DNA of 64,000 nucleotides from Nitrospirales bacterium (GTDB lineage Bacteria; Nitrospirota; Nitrospiria; Nitrospirales; UBA8639): NCBI GenBank assembly GCA_965203295.1, contig CBDBCZ010000013.1, positions 352,001 to 416,000 of the forward strand, read 5' to 3'. Shown piece by piece: positions 49,595 to 60,108 of this stretch (position 1 is its first letter; each line of letters starts with the position of its first letter). The notes under the pieces were generated by a model. It saw only the letters and a program-made list of their open reading frames with translations, ran no database searches and was not told where the DNA came from. The position numbers and the translations under genes were made by a program.

Positions 49595-49737
49595 ATTAGA
49601 TAAAGCATGCCTACGCGGGCTATAGGCCGATATTGGCACGGTTATGACGTAGAGCCCTCGGGCCTGCGGCCCTCGGGCTTACGTCATAACCGTGCCAATA
49701 TCTGGCCTATAGCCCTTGTAGGCATGCTTTATCTAAT
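49595..49737. mobile_element. Palindromic MITE
   Basis: Near-perfect hairpin ATTAGATAAAGCATGCC...GGCATGCTTTATCTAAT centred on GCCCTCGGGCCTGCGGCCCTCGGGC. Confidence 0.7.
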
Positions 49738-50098
49738 ACATAATATGTAATAGCTAGCTATATAAATCATGGCCAGGAGGTGTATATCAGTGATATACCA
49801 CCTGCTGTGGAGGAGGTTTTGTGGAATATACCGCGAAGGCCGCAATGGTAATGATATTCACCACTATCACCAGTTGGCCATGGTTCATATGATATATATC
49901 ATGTCGAATTTTGATGAGGTGTAGATCCTCTCACTGTTTCCATAGCAACATGGTATATATTATCTATGCCATCACAGCGAGCCTGCTTCAGCCTCTGGTA
50001 GCCATTTTGTGTAGTGTGGGTGGGTATTGTGGCATAGATACTATAGTGTCTATAATTGTGGGCGTGCCCTGTTTTTGTTTCCTGGCAAAACAATGATA

Positions 50099-50664
50099 CC
50101 GTATCCGCTCTAATTAAGGCGCCCTTAAAAATTAGAGAGTTTTCATGACATCATTTTACGTCACGCGCATGTAGCAACTGTTGCCAGGGCGCCATTTTGG
50201 TGGGCAGCAAACGTACATTAGCCATACGCATAAAGACCGGAAGTTACTCTCGTACTCGTAGTCTAGGTGGTAGATTCACTTGATCTGTCCCGCCTGAAAA
50301 CTGACTTACAGCGATAGTTGAGATACTGAACGCGTAAGTTCCCAGCGGCTCTTGATTCTGAGATCGCTGTATAACGTGCCAATCTAGTCGCCCACGCATG
50401 GTGGGCAAGAACGGGCATAAACGGAACGTGACACGGACGCACGTGATCTGTGACGACACGTGCGTACGTGAAAACTCTAGTCTCGTGCCCAGACCACACC
50501 TCTCTCCCTGAGAGGTGTGGTCTGGGCACGAGACTATGAAAACTCCGGGGTGCCTTTGTTGTGGCATAATATAATTTTGTATCTATGGTTGTGGAGGAAA
50601 AATTCCTTCGGGGTCCGAAGGGCGCCTTATTTAGAGAGGCCCCTTCTAATTAGAGCGATAAACG
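50099..50664. mobile_element. Tc1/mariner-like MITE (CCGTA ends, TA TSD)
   Basis: TA|CCGTATCCGCTCTAATTA ... TAATTAGAGCGATAAACG|TA, with inner AAGGCGCCCTT repeats. Confidence 0.6.
50478..50536. mobile_element. AcademH-like MITE nested in the Tc1/mariner MITE
   Basis: Perfect hairpin TAGTCTCGTGCCCAGACCACACCTCTC...; 9-bp TSD TGAAAACTC. Confidence 0.8.
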
Positions 50665-50740
50665 TACCACACCCAGCAATCAAGGACATCCCATTGTGTA
50701 TCACGATTCAGCCTCCTCCTGTATTCCTGTTCTACAACTC

Positions 50741-50790
50741 CGGTAGCTATTGGCTAACACTATACGGTAGCTATTGGCTAACACTATACG
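50741..50790 (+). promoter_or_regulatory. Tandem 24-bp duplication containing ATTGG (inverted CCAAT) boxes
   Basis: CGGTAGCTATTGGCTAACACTATA x2 immediately upstream of ATG 50806. Confidence 0.35.
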
Positions 50791-50805
50791 TATACCGTAG
50801 CGACG

Positions 50806-53800
50806 ATGTCGGAAGAACTCGTGGACGGTGAGGAGGTTGTGAAAAAGCATCCTGCCCCTTCGCAGCAGTTGTTTGTGCACCTTGTCCCGCCGCACTCGCA
50901 CGACTCCGAGAAGAAAAATCATTCTGACTCCAAGTCCGCGACAAAGTCGGACTCGACGCAAAAGAAGTCAGCCCCTCCCGTCATAACAGAGAAGGAAATG
51001 GGTCGAATGATGGACATGGGACTCGGGAGAGGAGTAGACGCCACCGATGCATCCCCCTGGGTCAGCAAGTCCTCCTTCCAAGTGCGAAGAGTCATGTTTG
51101 ACTGTGTGATTGGTACTGAAGAAGGCGGAGCCTTGCAAAGCTACGACCGGGAAATCTCAAGGTGCATGTACTGTAATACGCATCTTACCTTTTTTTCTGG
51201 TATTAGCTGTGTATTCCTAATCCACAACTGATATGTATATAGTCCCGCGCGCACCAGCTCTGAGTTCAGTCTAGCTAGCTATCCCCGACTTCAACCCACC
51301 TAGGGATCGAGATAGCTACTGCAAGCGATCCATAGGTGGGTAGAAGTTGGGGATAGCTAGCTAGACTACTCAGAGTTGTCTCTCCCTGCATGCCCCTCCC
51401 CCAAAGAGAGAAAAGAAAAACAAAGGGGCATGTGTACAGCGGTGCACAATAAAAATAGAGTATAGACCAGTAAGTTGTCTTTTGAGTTTCAAATGAGTGA
51501 ATACAGCAAAAAGCCAAGTTGGTGTGTGTGAGTCTACAATGAGTTCATCAGGAAAATGTATTAGCAATGAGCAAATTCATGCATTGCAAATGTGTTTACC
51601 CATTCTTGGAATACTCCCTCCTCTCTAAGAATGTGAAAACAAATTAATTTTCCCATTACTAATATGCTGCATTGATGCATGTAGTTTCACACCACACTTT
51701 TAAATTTACTGTGTTCATTCATTTAAAACTCAGGTTTTAAATGCACTGGTCAATAAAAAAAAGTTCTCCTTTACTATGAATGGAATTTGCAATTATAATT
51801 CAGCTTATACAGAAGCAGGAACAATGGGTGCTTTTCTTTTTTGTTCTGTCGCTATTACAATAAGTATAGCTACAGCTGTACTATTTCAGAAAGCTAACAT
51901 CCTAAGTCCTAAGTAAGGAGTATAGCTACATGGTAGCTGTCTGTAAATTGCAATGTTGGAATTACATGCTACTTCAAAGGCTGCGGAAGCTGCATGTGTT
52001 GATGCTTTGCACTAACATTTTAGAATCGCTGTTACAGTACTCTTCACACATGCCTGCATGAATCAGCCTGAAGATTAGAAAACGAGCATTCAGTCAAGTA
52101 GTCTTCACCCTCTACTCCACTCCCTTTCTTCCGTTGACTTCAGTTCTATTGACTCTGATACATGCACATTCCTGTGACTCCACTTAGGTTAGCTCCACGT
52201 TTGGGGGAGGGGGAGGAAGAGTTCTAGATACGTATGAGGATAGTGTAGATAATAAAATGCTAATAACCTATGTTCTTACAATCCTGGACGTTCACTGTCA
52301 TAATTTCATTGCTATACAGCGTGCAATCTCAGCAGTCCAACTTGAAGGCATCCATTGCAGTTCCCCAGGCCCCCTTCACCATCGGAGTGGATGCCGAACA
52401 CTCACGCAGTGTCAGCACCACCAGAAGGGCGGTGGGCAAGAAGGTCGTCAACAGAACGATCTCATTCCGGGCTGACTTCGAAGACCTTCCGCAGTCCATC
52501 ACAACGGATCCCAGTAGTGCAATAAGGGACGCCATTCCTACTGCGACATACAGGGCATCCGTGGAAGGCTCAACCCTGACCTTCGAAGAACGTCTAGCAA
52601 AGTGGATTTTGGAGTACATCAATCACAAAATTGAGGTCAAAAGCAAGCATAAAGGAAAGCTGGTCGAATCGAGTTTTGAAATGACGGGAAACCCAATAGA
52701 TGACATTGCCTCATTGATTCACGAGTCCACAAATGATGATGTTCGAAAGATGATCCTGGCTGCCTGCCGTGAGTTTGTCCAGGTTTTCCGTGTGACGCAT
52801 TATGTCAGTGCCATTGAACTTGGAGCATCCGAGTATCAGGTACTATGTGAGACCGAATATTTCTCCCAAAGAAAAGCTGGTAAGATCATTGGAGTGGTGT
52901 CACTGGCCAATCAAGCCGCCAGTTTGTCTTCTTTATGGAAGAAAACTAAGAAGGCATCTGATCTGAAGAGAATTGGCCGAATCGACAACGACCGTGTTGA
53001 GCGAGGATCGTACGATGAAGCTGTTGTCGGGGTGAGCATCCAGCCTATCTGCAACTTGGTGAGACTCCGCTACCTGCAGCTGACCCTGAAGAAGGCTCTG
53101 CTGGAGTACGTTGAGACACAAGGAGACTCAACTGGTGAGTGCATCTGCATGGGTCTGAGTGATTGTATCAACATTGTAGAAATATCACTCTATTATAGCA
53201 TTAATTTAAGGTATAAAAAGCACTTTGCCAAAAAGTGCAAAAACAAGTCATGTAGGGATGCACTTCCACCAAAAAACACTTCCCCAAAAACCAATGAAAC
53301 AAGCGACAATGCACACCGCAATGCATGTGCAGACTACCCACACATCACATCGCAATGCATTTACCGCGTAGCTACCATCCCTACATCTTTCCAACCACAC
53401 CCACCACAATCGTGTATATGTGAGATGTGAATAGTGGTAGTGTAATTTGCAGGGAGGTATGTTTGGTAAAGTGTAGTCTTGTGTTGTCAACTTTGTTTAG
53501 TATGTTGTATGGTGGTTGATGTGGGTTGTGTTACGTTTGTTGTGCGTGTTGGTGGCAGTGTGGTGTTGCGAGGAATTGCTTTGCTTGTTTGTGCTTGTGA
53601 ATGTGGAATTTGTGGAGCAAAGTGCATTTTGATGGGGAGTATAGTGTTCTTGTGAAGGTTTGGCTTCATTGTAGTGTGGGCTGGGTGTTGTGTTTTGTGA
53701 TGTAATGATTGAGGATAAGAATGTAAGGGTGTAGTTGTTGGATGGAGGCGAGGTGGCGTGGTTGATGATTGTGGATGGTTGTGTGTGTTGAAGGAAGTAT

Positions 53801-56694
53801 TGGGTGTGCAGTTTAGTATGGGGGCGTGGTACGGATTGTGGTGGGTGTGGTTGGAAAGATGTAGGGATGGTAGCTACGCGGTAAATGCATTGCGATGTGA
53901 TGTGTGGGTAGTCTGCACATGCATTGCGGTGTGCATTGTCGCTTGTTTCATTGGTTTTTGGGGAAGTGTTTTTTGGTGGAAGTGCATCCCTACATGACTT
54001 GTTTTTGCACTTTTTGGCAAAGTGCTTTTTCTGTAACTTGTTTTGGGATGTTTTTTGGAGGTGGCAACAAATGTGTAAGTGTGAATGTGTGTGGTGGATG
54101 GTGTTGGAATGGAACGTGTTTGAGGATGTTGTGTGTAGTAGGATTTCAATTTGTGCTCCAGTTGGCATCAGGAAGGCCTTTGCCTGCATGTGTATGGGGG
54201 GATGGTACTTTGCATGCAGTATGCCTAATTATTTAAGGGCAAGATGGTAAAGGCAGTTACCAGGGCAGCTTTTCGTGCTAGCTAGAGCGGAAAGAAAAGG
54301 GCAGCCACACGTGCCAGTTACATAGCTGACCATGACAAGAGACCTTGTAATTTCAAGACCAGCAATCACATGAAGGAATGCAAGACCCTTGCTTTCATGC
54401 ACTTTCACTCTTCCACTCGAGTCTGGACGTGGTATACATGATTTCCAAGGCTTTCCTGCCCGTGATCGTATTCTCCATAGCAAGTGAACAACAGTAGCTC
54501 ATGATACAAACAGAATTCCTCCGCTCGAACACCCCCTCACTTAGCTACCCTACTATTAAATCATCATCCCATTCTTAAACAGTACCTATGGCCAGAAGCC
54601 GTTTGGACTTGGGTCAACCAACCTAACTTTATAATCAGCCATGCGATTAAGTGTATTTTAGCTAAAAAATCTTGTAACTTACGCACTGATGAACCTGGAG
54701 ATGCAGCTTAGCAGCTGGCACGATCAAAGGTAGGCGTTAAATAGACGAACACGCGAAGTCGGAACGGAACGGAACGGAACAGTTGTCATTAAATGGCGTG
54801 GAACGGCAAGCGTCCATTCAAGAGTACTCGTGAATCACTGCTGAACCTATTCGATTTCTTTGAAAAAGTTATGATGCGAGTGCAATACCCCAGAGAATTA
54901 CCAGCCTTTTCGCGCTTGAATTATTGTGATCGCGTTAGCCATTATCGTGCTAGCCTGGCTGAAGAAGAAGAAGCAGAAGCAGAAGCAGAAGAAGATGTAC
55001 TAATACGCCCCGCCCCCCCCCCCAATGTGTCGACTTGCCGGTCTGGTACTCCAGCGAAGGTTTCTAGCAACGCCAACAGTCTTGTTGCTGATAAAAACAC
55101 TTGAGATGTCATTGTATGGCTCATAAAAGCCTATGACTATAATCAGAGCCGAGTTCTGAACGTATGATTTTGTACGCGTTATATAGGGCCGCCATTTTTT
55201 TCCGTGCCATCCCTACATATGGAGTACTACCGTACTCCATGATAGCTGGGCACTCTGTCTCAGTGTACAGCCTTTGAAATGAAGTATAATTCATTAATTT
55301 CTGAATCAGTGGATATACAGCTAATTGATGGCTTTTACAAGCCATTCAAGGTTTAGATGTAATACATAATATTGTTTCATTCACTTGTATCTAGGACTAC
55401 TTACACTCATGGCCTTTGCAATCTACATTATGTGGTTGAGGACAAAGTCAATCCTATACTCTTGGAATGTCATCAGACAATGAATGCAATTGCTGCTATC
55501 ACTTAACTATTTAGCAAATAATACGTCTGCAGAATTTTTGTGTGAAGCATTTAAAAACTTCAGTATAATATTATAATAAACATAATTTTACGAAGCAAAA
55601 CTTATTGCAAAGGCATAGCCTTAGACTACTGGACCACCATAAGACTGATGATAGCAGTGGGAGTGAAACTTATTAACATTCAACAGCTGCTTTGTGCATC
55701 CACAAAATATGTGGTCATGTAGAGGAACTTAGTTGCATAATAGCAATTGAAAGGTAATGATGCAGTACTGATACCATAAGTACATATCAATCTTCCCTCT
55801 CCCAACTCCCCCTCCCCCTACACACACACACCTGCCTGCATAGCTGGGCCTTACCTAATTGCCTGCGATGATGACAGAATGTTTTGGATGGTAAACCCTG
55901 ACAATAATTACGCAGTGGAAGCGACACGAGATATCAAACAAGCCTCTGCTTTTTTCGTCTTTCCGAATGAAGATGGCGGCCATCCCTATGAATTCAACAT
56001 CGGTTACTACGATGACGACCGTAAAGTACGAAAGCGCAAGGCAAGTATCCTGTCTGCTTCATGTCCAGGAGTAGACCCCATTCCTCGCTACCTGCACACC
56101 CCAGTTAACATTATTGGTGGGAACTTTGGTCCGCTACACATGAAAAACTACATGCTGGAGTGCCAATCGAGACTCACCCTCCACAGCCGTCTGCTCAAGC
56201 ACTACAATCCTGTCGATATCACTCCATGGGTGAGCGGGCGAGATGCCTTCTTCATCAATTGCGCTCGAAGGAGAGTCAAGCGAGACGGCTACATCTGTGT
56301 CAAATTGGTGGCTGGTCAAAGAGGAGGGAGGCCAGAACTCCGAACAGGATGCGTGCCCACCAAAAGAAGGCACAATGAACGTAACACATGGATGCTCTTT
56401 CGCCTCCTCCCAATTTCGCTCCGAAACAAACCAGTAGTACCTGCTGGTGACCGCAATGAACCAGATGTTCTGTCCAACGTGGATGTGGAACTGGCACAGT
56501 ACGGGGCCCTCGACTTCACTCCTGAGCCTCAGGAAAAGAGTAGTGGGGCTGCTGTCAACTTTAAATCTGGCAGCAAGACTGCCAAGTTACTGCCAAGCCC
56601 GAACGAAAAGCCCCTCGAGAAAACTGCTGAGTCCACCCCCCTCCCTGGAGCTGCTGTGGAGCTCCAACAGCTGGCCAGCCATCAGCAACAGTAG
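50806..56694 (+). CDS. Leaderless MACPF/CDC-like pore-forming protein candidate with a C-terminal beta-rich domain (3 exons, 673 aa)
   Basis: Exons 50806-51161, 52320-53134, 55844-56694 with phase-compatible GT-AG introns; MGLGRGVDAT and FVQVFRVTHYVSAIELGA resemble MACPF signature segments; AATAAA near 56840. Confidence 0.7.
51267..51368. mobile_element. Academ-like MITE in intron 1
   Basis: Hairpin AGTCTAGCTAGCTATCCCC...GGGGATAGCTAGCTAGACT; 9-bp flanks CTCTGAGTT / CTCAGAGTT. Confidence 0.7.
53215..55241. mobile_element. Unclassified intronic element, copy B
   Basis: Apparently identical ~197-bp inverted arms 53215-53411 / 53834-54030; GT-rich strand; same terminal sequence and hairpin as 24792-25818. 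Confidence 0.6.
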
Positions 56695-57470
56695 CTCTAT
56701 GATGTAAGAGTAGTATTGATTTAGAAGTCATGCACATACTAAATATACGTATACATATACTGCTCTAGCTTCTTTATACATTTTGTATGCTGGTTGCGTG
56801 TAGCTAACTTATTATTGAGTAGTCTTAACTCGCACACGTAATAAAAAGTCTGTTTTGCTTTTAATTATCGTTCTCATGTGTTCCATTTTATACTGACGCT
56901 ATGCATTGATTGATGCCAAAACACCAAGGCATGGGATGATGAGATTAGTGAAAATAATAATCTTCTCCTGTTGCTGCCGTAGTGCATTCACCAGTGATCA
57001 CATACCCACATGTGCAGGTGGAGCTTGTATATCCAGTCAGTGGACGAGATCGTGAGTAACTACATATATCACCATCCTGATTACAATATAGATACTATCC
57101 CAGATCAATACACGTTATAAAAACTCTTCTTAACTAGTCCTATTAAAGCCTTACTTGTCCCAATTTTCACACCCTAAAATACAGCCTGATTATTGTACGA
57201 ACTTCTTCAAAACTCTTCCAACAGATGTTGCACTGCCTATCATCATTTTACCCCTATGTCTTCCTAACTCTTCATTCAAACCATTAATACCCGACCTAAA
57301 CTCTAAACCTAAACATAAACCGTGTCTGGGATCCCCGACACCTTGTTAAACCTCTTTTAACTTTGCATTGTAGAGACTAAATTTTGAGTGTAATGTTCAC
57401 TGATAATTTTGTAGGTTTAACTACTAATGCTGAGGACTAATGCTGAGGATGAAGGAGTGTGGCAGTGGGG

Positions 57471-57536
57471 CAGCCTCATATTCAGGCCTTCCCCGCACTC
57501 GCAAAAATAAACGGGGAAGGCCTAGGTACGAGGCTA
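57471..57536. mobile_element. Academ-like MITE
   Basis: (C)AGCCTC...GAGGCTA hairpin; 9-bp TSD GCAGTGGGG. Confidence 0.75.
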
Positions 57537-59240
57537 GCAGTGGGGTATCTATGCTTGCTTTATAGAAGACCAGATGTACTGATACCTGTGCGATTTATTA
57601 TGCAGTTGAGGTTGTGCTTCCATTCTATAGAATCTTAGTGCATCGGACATCCAACAAAACTAACAACTTAAGAGTATAGAGACTGTAGAGACAGTATGCA
57701 TGGCAAGAAGAATGAAATTAGTAACTGAAGTAGCAGAGACTATACTGCTGTTGAGTGGAAGCAGGAAGCCCTGAGTTGGAAAGATGGTTGCAGCCTTTCC
57801 TCTCTCTGAAACTTTACCGCCACTGACAGCCTCACTCCATTCCCGCCACCCCCATGCACAAATAACTTACAGATCAAAGATCGAGTTTGTACCACTGTGT
57901 TAGCTATATAGTATTATGACCAGAATTGTTTTATGTAACAGACAAATTTAAACCTGAATATCTACTAGCTAAGAGCTCCAACTCCTTAATACACAGTAAT
58001 AATCTAGCTTCTTATTTCGGATTTTATCATTTCATCATTTTGAGGTCAGTATATAGGTTACCAGTGTGACCTTGGTTACGGTTCCCAAAACAGGGAAGTC
58101 CCCTAAATGGCATAGAAAAGTACATTATAATTTAATCGATTAGTATAGAACATCCTTTACCATGGTATATATAGCTACTTTGGTATACAGAGCAATAAAG
58201 AAGTGCAATAGTGATGGCATTGAGTTCTATTTTGCTGTATATAGAAGTGAGAGTGCTGTTATGGGATTTTCTACAGAGACAATATTTGGGATAGTCATGT
58301 AGAAACTATTCAAAATTACAATGCAAGTAAACGACATAGAAAAGTACTACATGCAGATGAAGTCAGCAACTTCATATGCAGCAGTCATATTATCTGTTAT
58401 ATACAAAAATACCACATCCTACATACATAAATCTATGAAGAGACCAAAAAGCAGTCCTTTCTTATTTCTTGTAATTCTTCACAGAAATAGTTCAGTTCAT
58501 CAATTTCTGTTTCCAGAGCTTTTAACCGTTGCGTCATCTATTGGTACCAGAACAAATTTATTTTAATGGTGCAGAACAAATGTACATATTGGCAGTGGTG
58601 CTGCATGTGAAATCTTGATGAAGTGTCGAACTGCACTGGGATTTTATGACGGAAGCTGTAAGTTTGTATGCAGTGTATATTGTATAGCACGACTAATGTG
58701 CCACACATTTTATTCAGATGCAATGAGCATGCAGGTCTAGAGGCACATACAGGCTGTGTGCTGTGTGTTTACGTGTGCAAGGAAATCAACTTTTCAACAG
58801 ACTATATAGTTGACAATAGAATTTCTTAATTTGGCAGTCCAGCTGTGCCCCCAAAGGTTGTATGGCCCTCACCGAAACTAAAATGTAAGCAGCAGCTTAC
58901 TCTACTCTGTATTGTGCATGAGCTTTACTAGGATGCTTTGTAGAGATAATACAAAAAATTTAATGTCATACATTTATATGGAGAATGGAATAAAATTACC
59001 CCAGGCAGATTTTCAATAGCAGTGTGTATTATTTTATGGAAACAGAACACATGTATTCTGTAGGAAGTTAGATATGTATTTGAGAAAACTACAAACTGTC
59101 CACTGAAATGTCAATTTAGTGGAGCTGCACTGTATACGTAGATTACCACATAATATATTCATGGCTGTAGCTATATAATCCTGGTTTGCCAAGAAAAAGA
59201 CGAGTACACCTCTAAAGACAAGCTTTTGTAAAGACATGCA

Positions 59241-59320
59241 CATAGTGCTAGTGTACGGTTCAATCCCCAGCTGGGTCCCGATTTTTCGGGATTTGTTTAC
59301 TCTCTCAGAAAGCTTATCTT
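59241..59320 (+). mobile_element. Possible tRNA-derived SINE remnant
   Basis: B-box-like GGTTCAATCCCC followed by a short AT-rich body; no cloverleaf. Confidence 0.25.
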
Positions 59321-59648
59321 CTCACAAAAGTTTGCAATGTATTAATTCCTAAGTGGAGCATACCCATTAACCCACATGGAGGTTAGCTTGCTCAAATATT
59401 ATTGCTATTCACATTGACTATTTATACTGATGTTTTCTTTGTACCATAGAAAACAAGAACCTTTCTTGCCTTTTTTACATTGTCCTGTTCCATACGTATC
59501 ATTTCTCCAAATGCATTTTCAAAAGAGCTGAGACCTTCTTTCACCCATCTGCTGTACTCAGCATGAAAGCCCTGTGTAGGAAGAAATTTTTTCAATGGTA
59601 TTACAATGTGGCTACCACATGTACAGTAATTAGGATGATTACATATAT

Positions 59649-60108
59649 ACTAGGTGAATGCAAAGCATTGTGGGGCGAGCGTGAGCGAGGTATTAGCCCA
59701 TGCGTACGTTAGCGGCGATGCGCCCTCAGCAGCTCTTTGGCTCCTTCTCTCGTCTCAGTGTCACTTGTCGGTGGCCTGGAGAAATGACAGCTCTTCTCAG
59801 TGGCTCTAGAACTCGCTCTCTGCTGTTCCAATGCGACTTATCGCCAACCTGGGGATATATACGGCAACGCTATAGCCTCTGTCGCTGCAGTCTACTCTGT
59901 GAGAGCATCCCTAAGCTAGCTTCACTGCAGCCACCGTGGCCACGTGAACAATTTGGAATATTACGGAAACTATTTGAAACGTTATATTGAAACGCGAAAC
60001 GATATGCGGTAGTGCGTACGTACGTACGCACGCACGCACGCACACCGTACGCACAGACAAATTCTCCATTGAACACACTAGTGTGGGGCTCGCTCACGCT
60101 CGCCCAAT
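59649..60108 (-). mobile_element. Helitron/Helentron-like non-autonomous element
   Basis: Minus strand: 5' ATTGGGCGAGCGTGAGCGAG, (GCGT/ACGT)n microsatellite, complementary CTCGCTCACGCTCGCCCC near the 3' end, short hairpin AATGC-TTT-GCATT and terminal CTAG(T). Confidence 0.6.

Larger units (their letters stand above)
40111..49598 (-). mobile_element. Possible Crypton-like non-autonomous element, split by the CMC element
   Basis: Imperfect inverted ends TAGTTATTGCATGG / CCATGCAACAAATTA; short ORF 40350-40631 ending in NRFGKP, like Crypton N-termini; no recombinase domain seen. Confidence 0.35.

Noticed and set aside
53135..54250. C-terminal extension of ORF 52270 and ORF 53497-54189 sharing identical peptide
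   Set aside because: Read-through past the GTGAGT donor into an inverted repeat; the identity comes from the two arms.
54684..54760. Hammerhead ribozyme (CTGATGA core)
   Set aside because: No correctly placed GAAA or supporting stems were found by eye.
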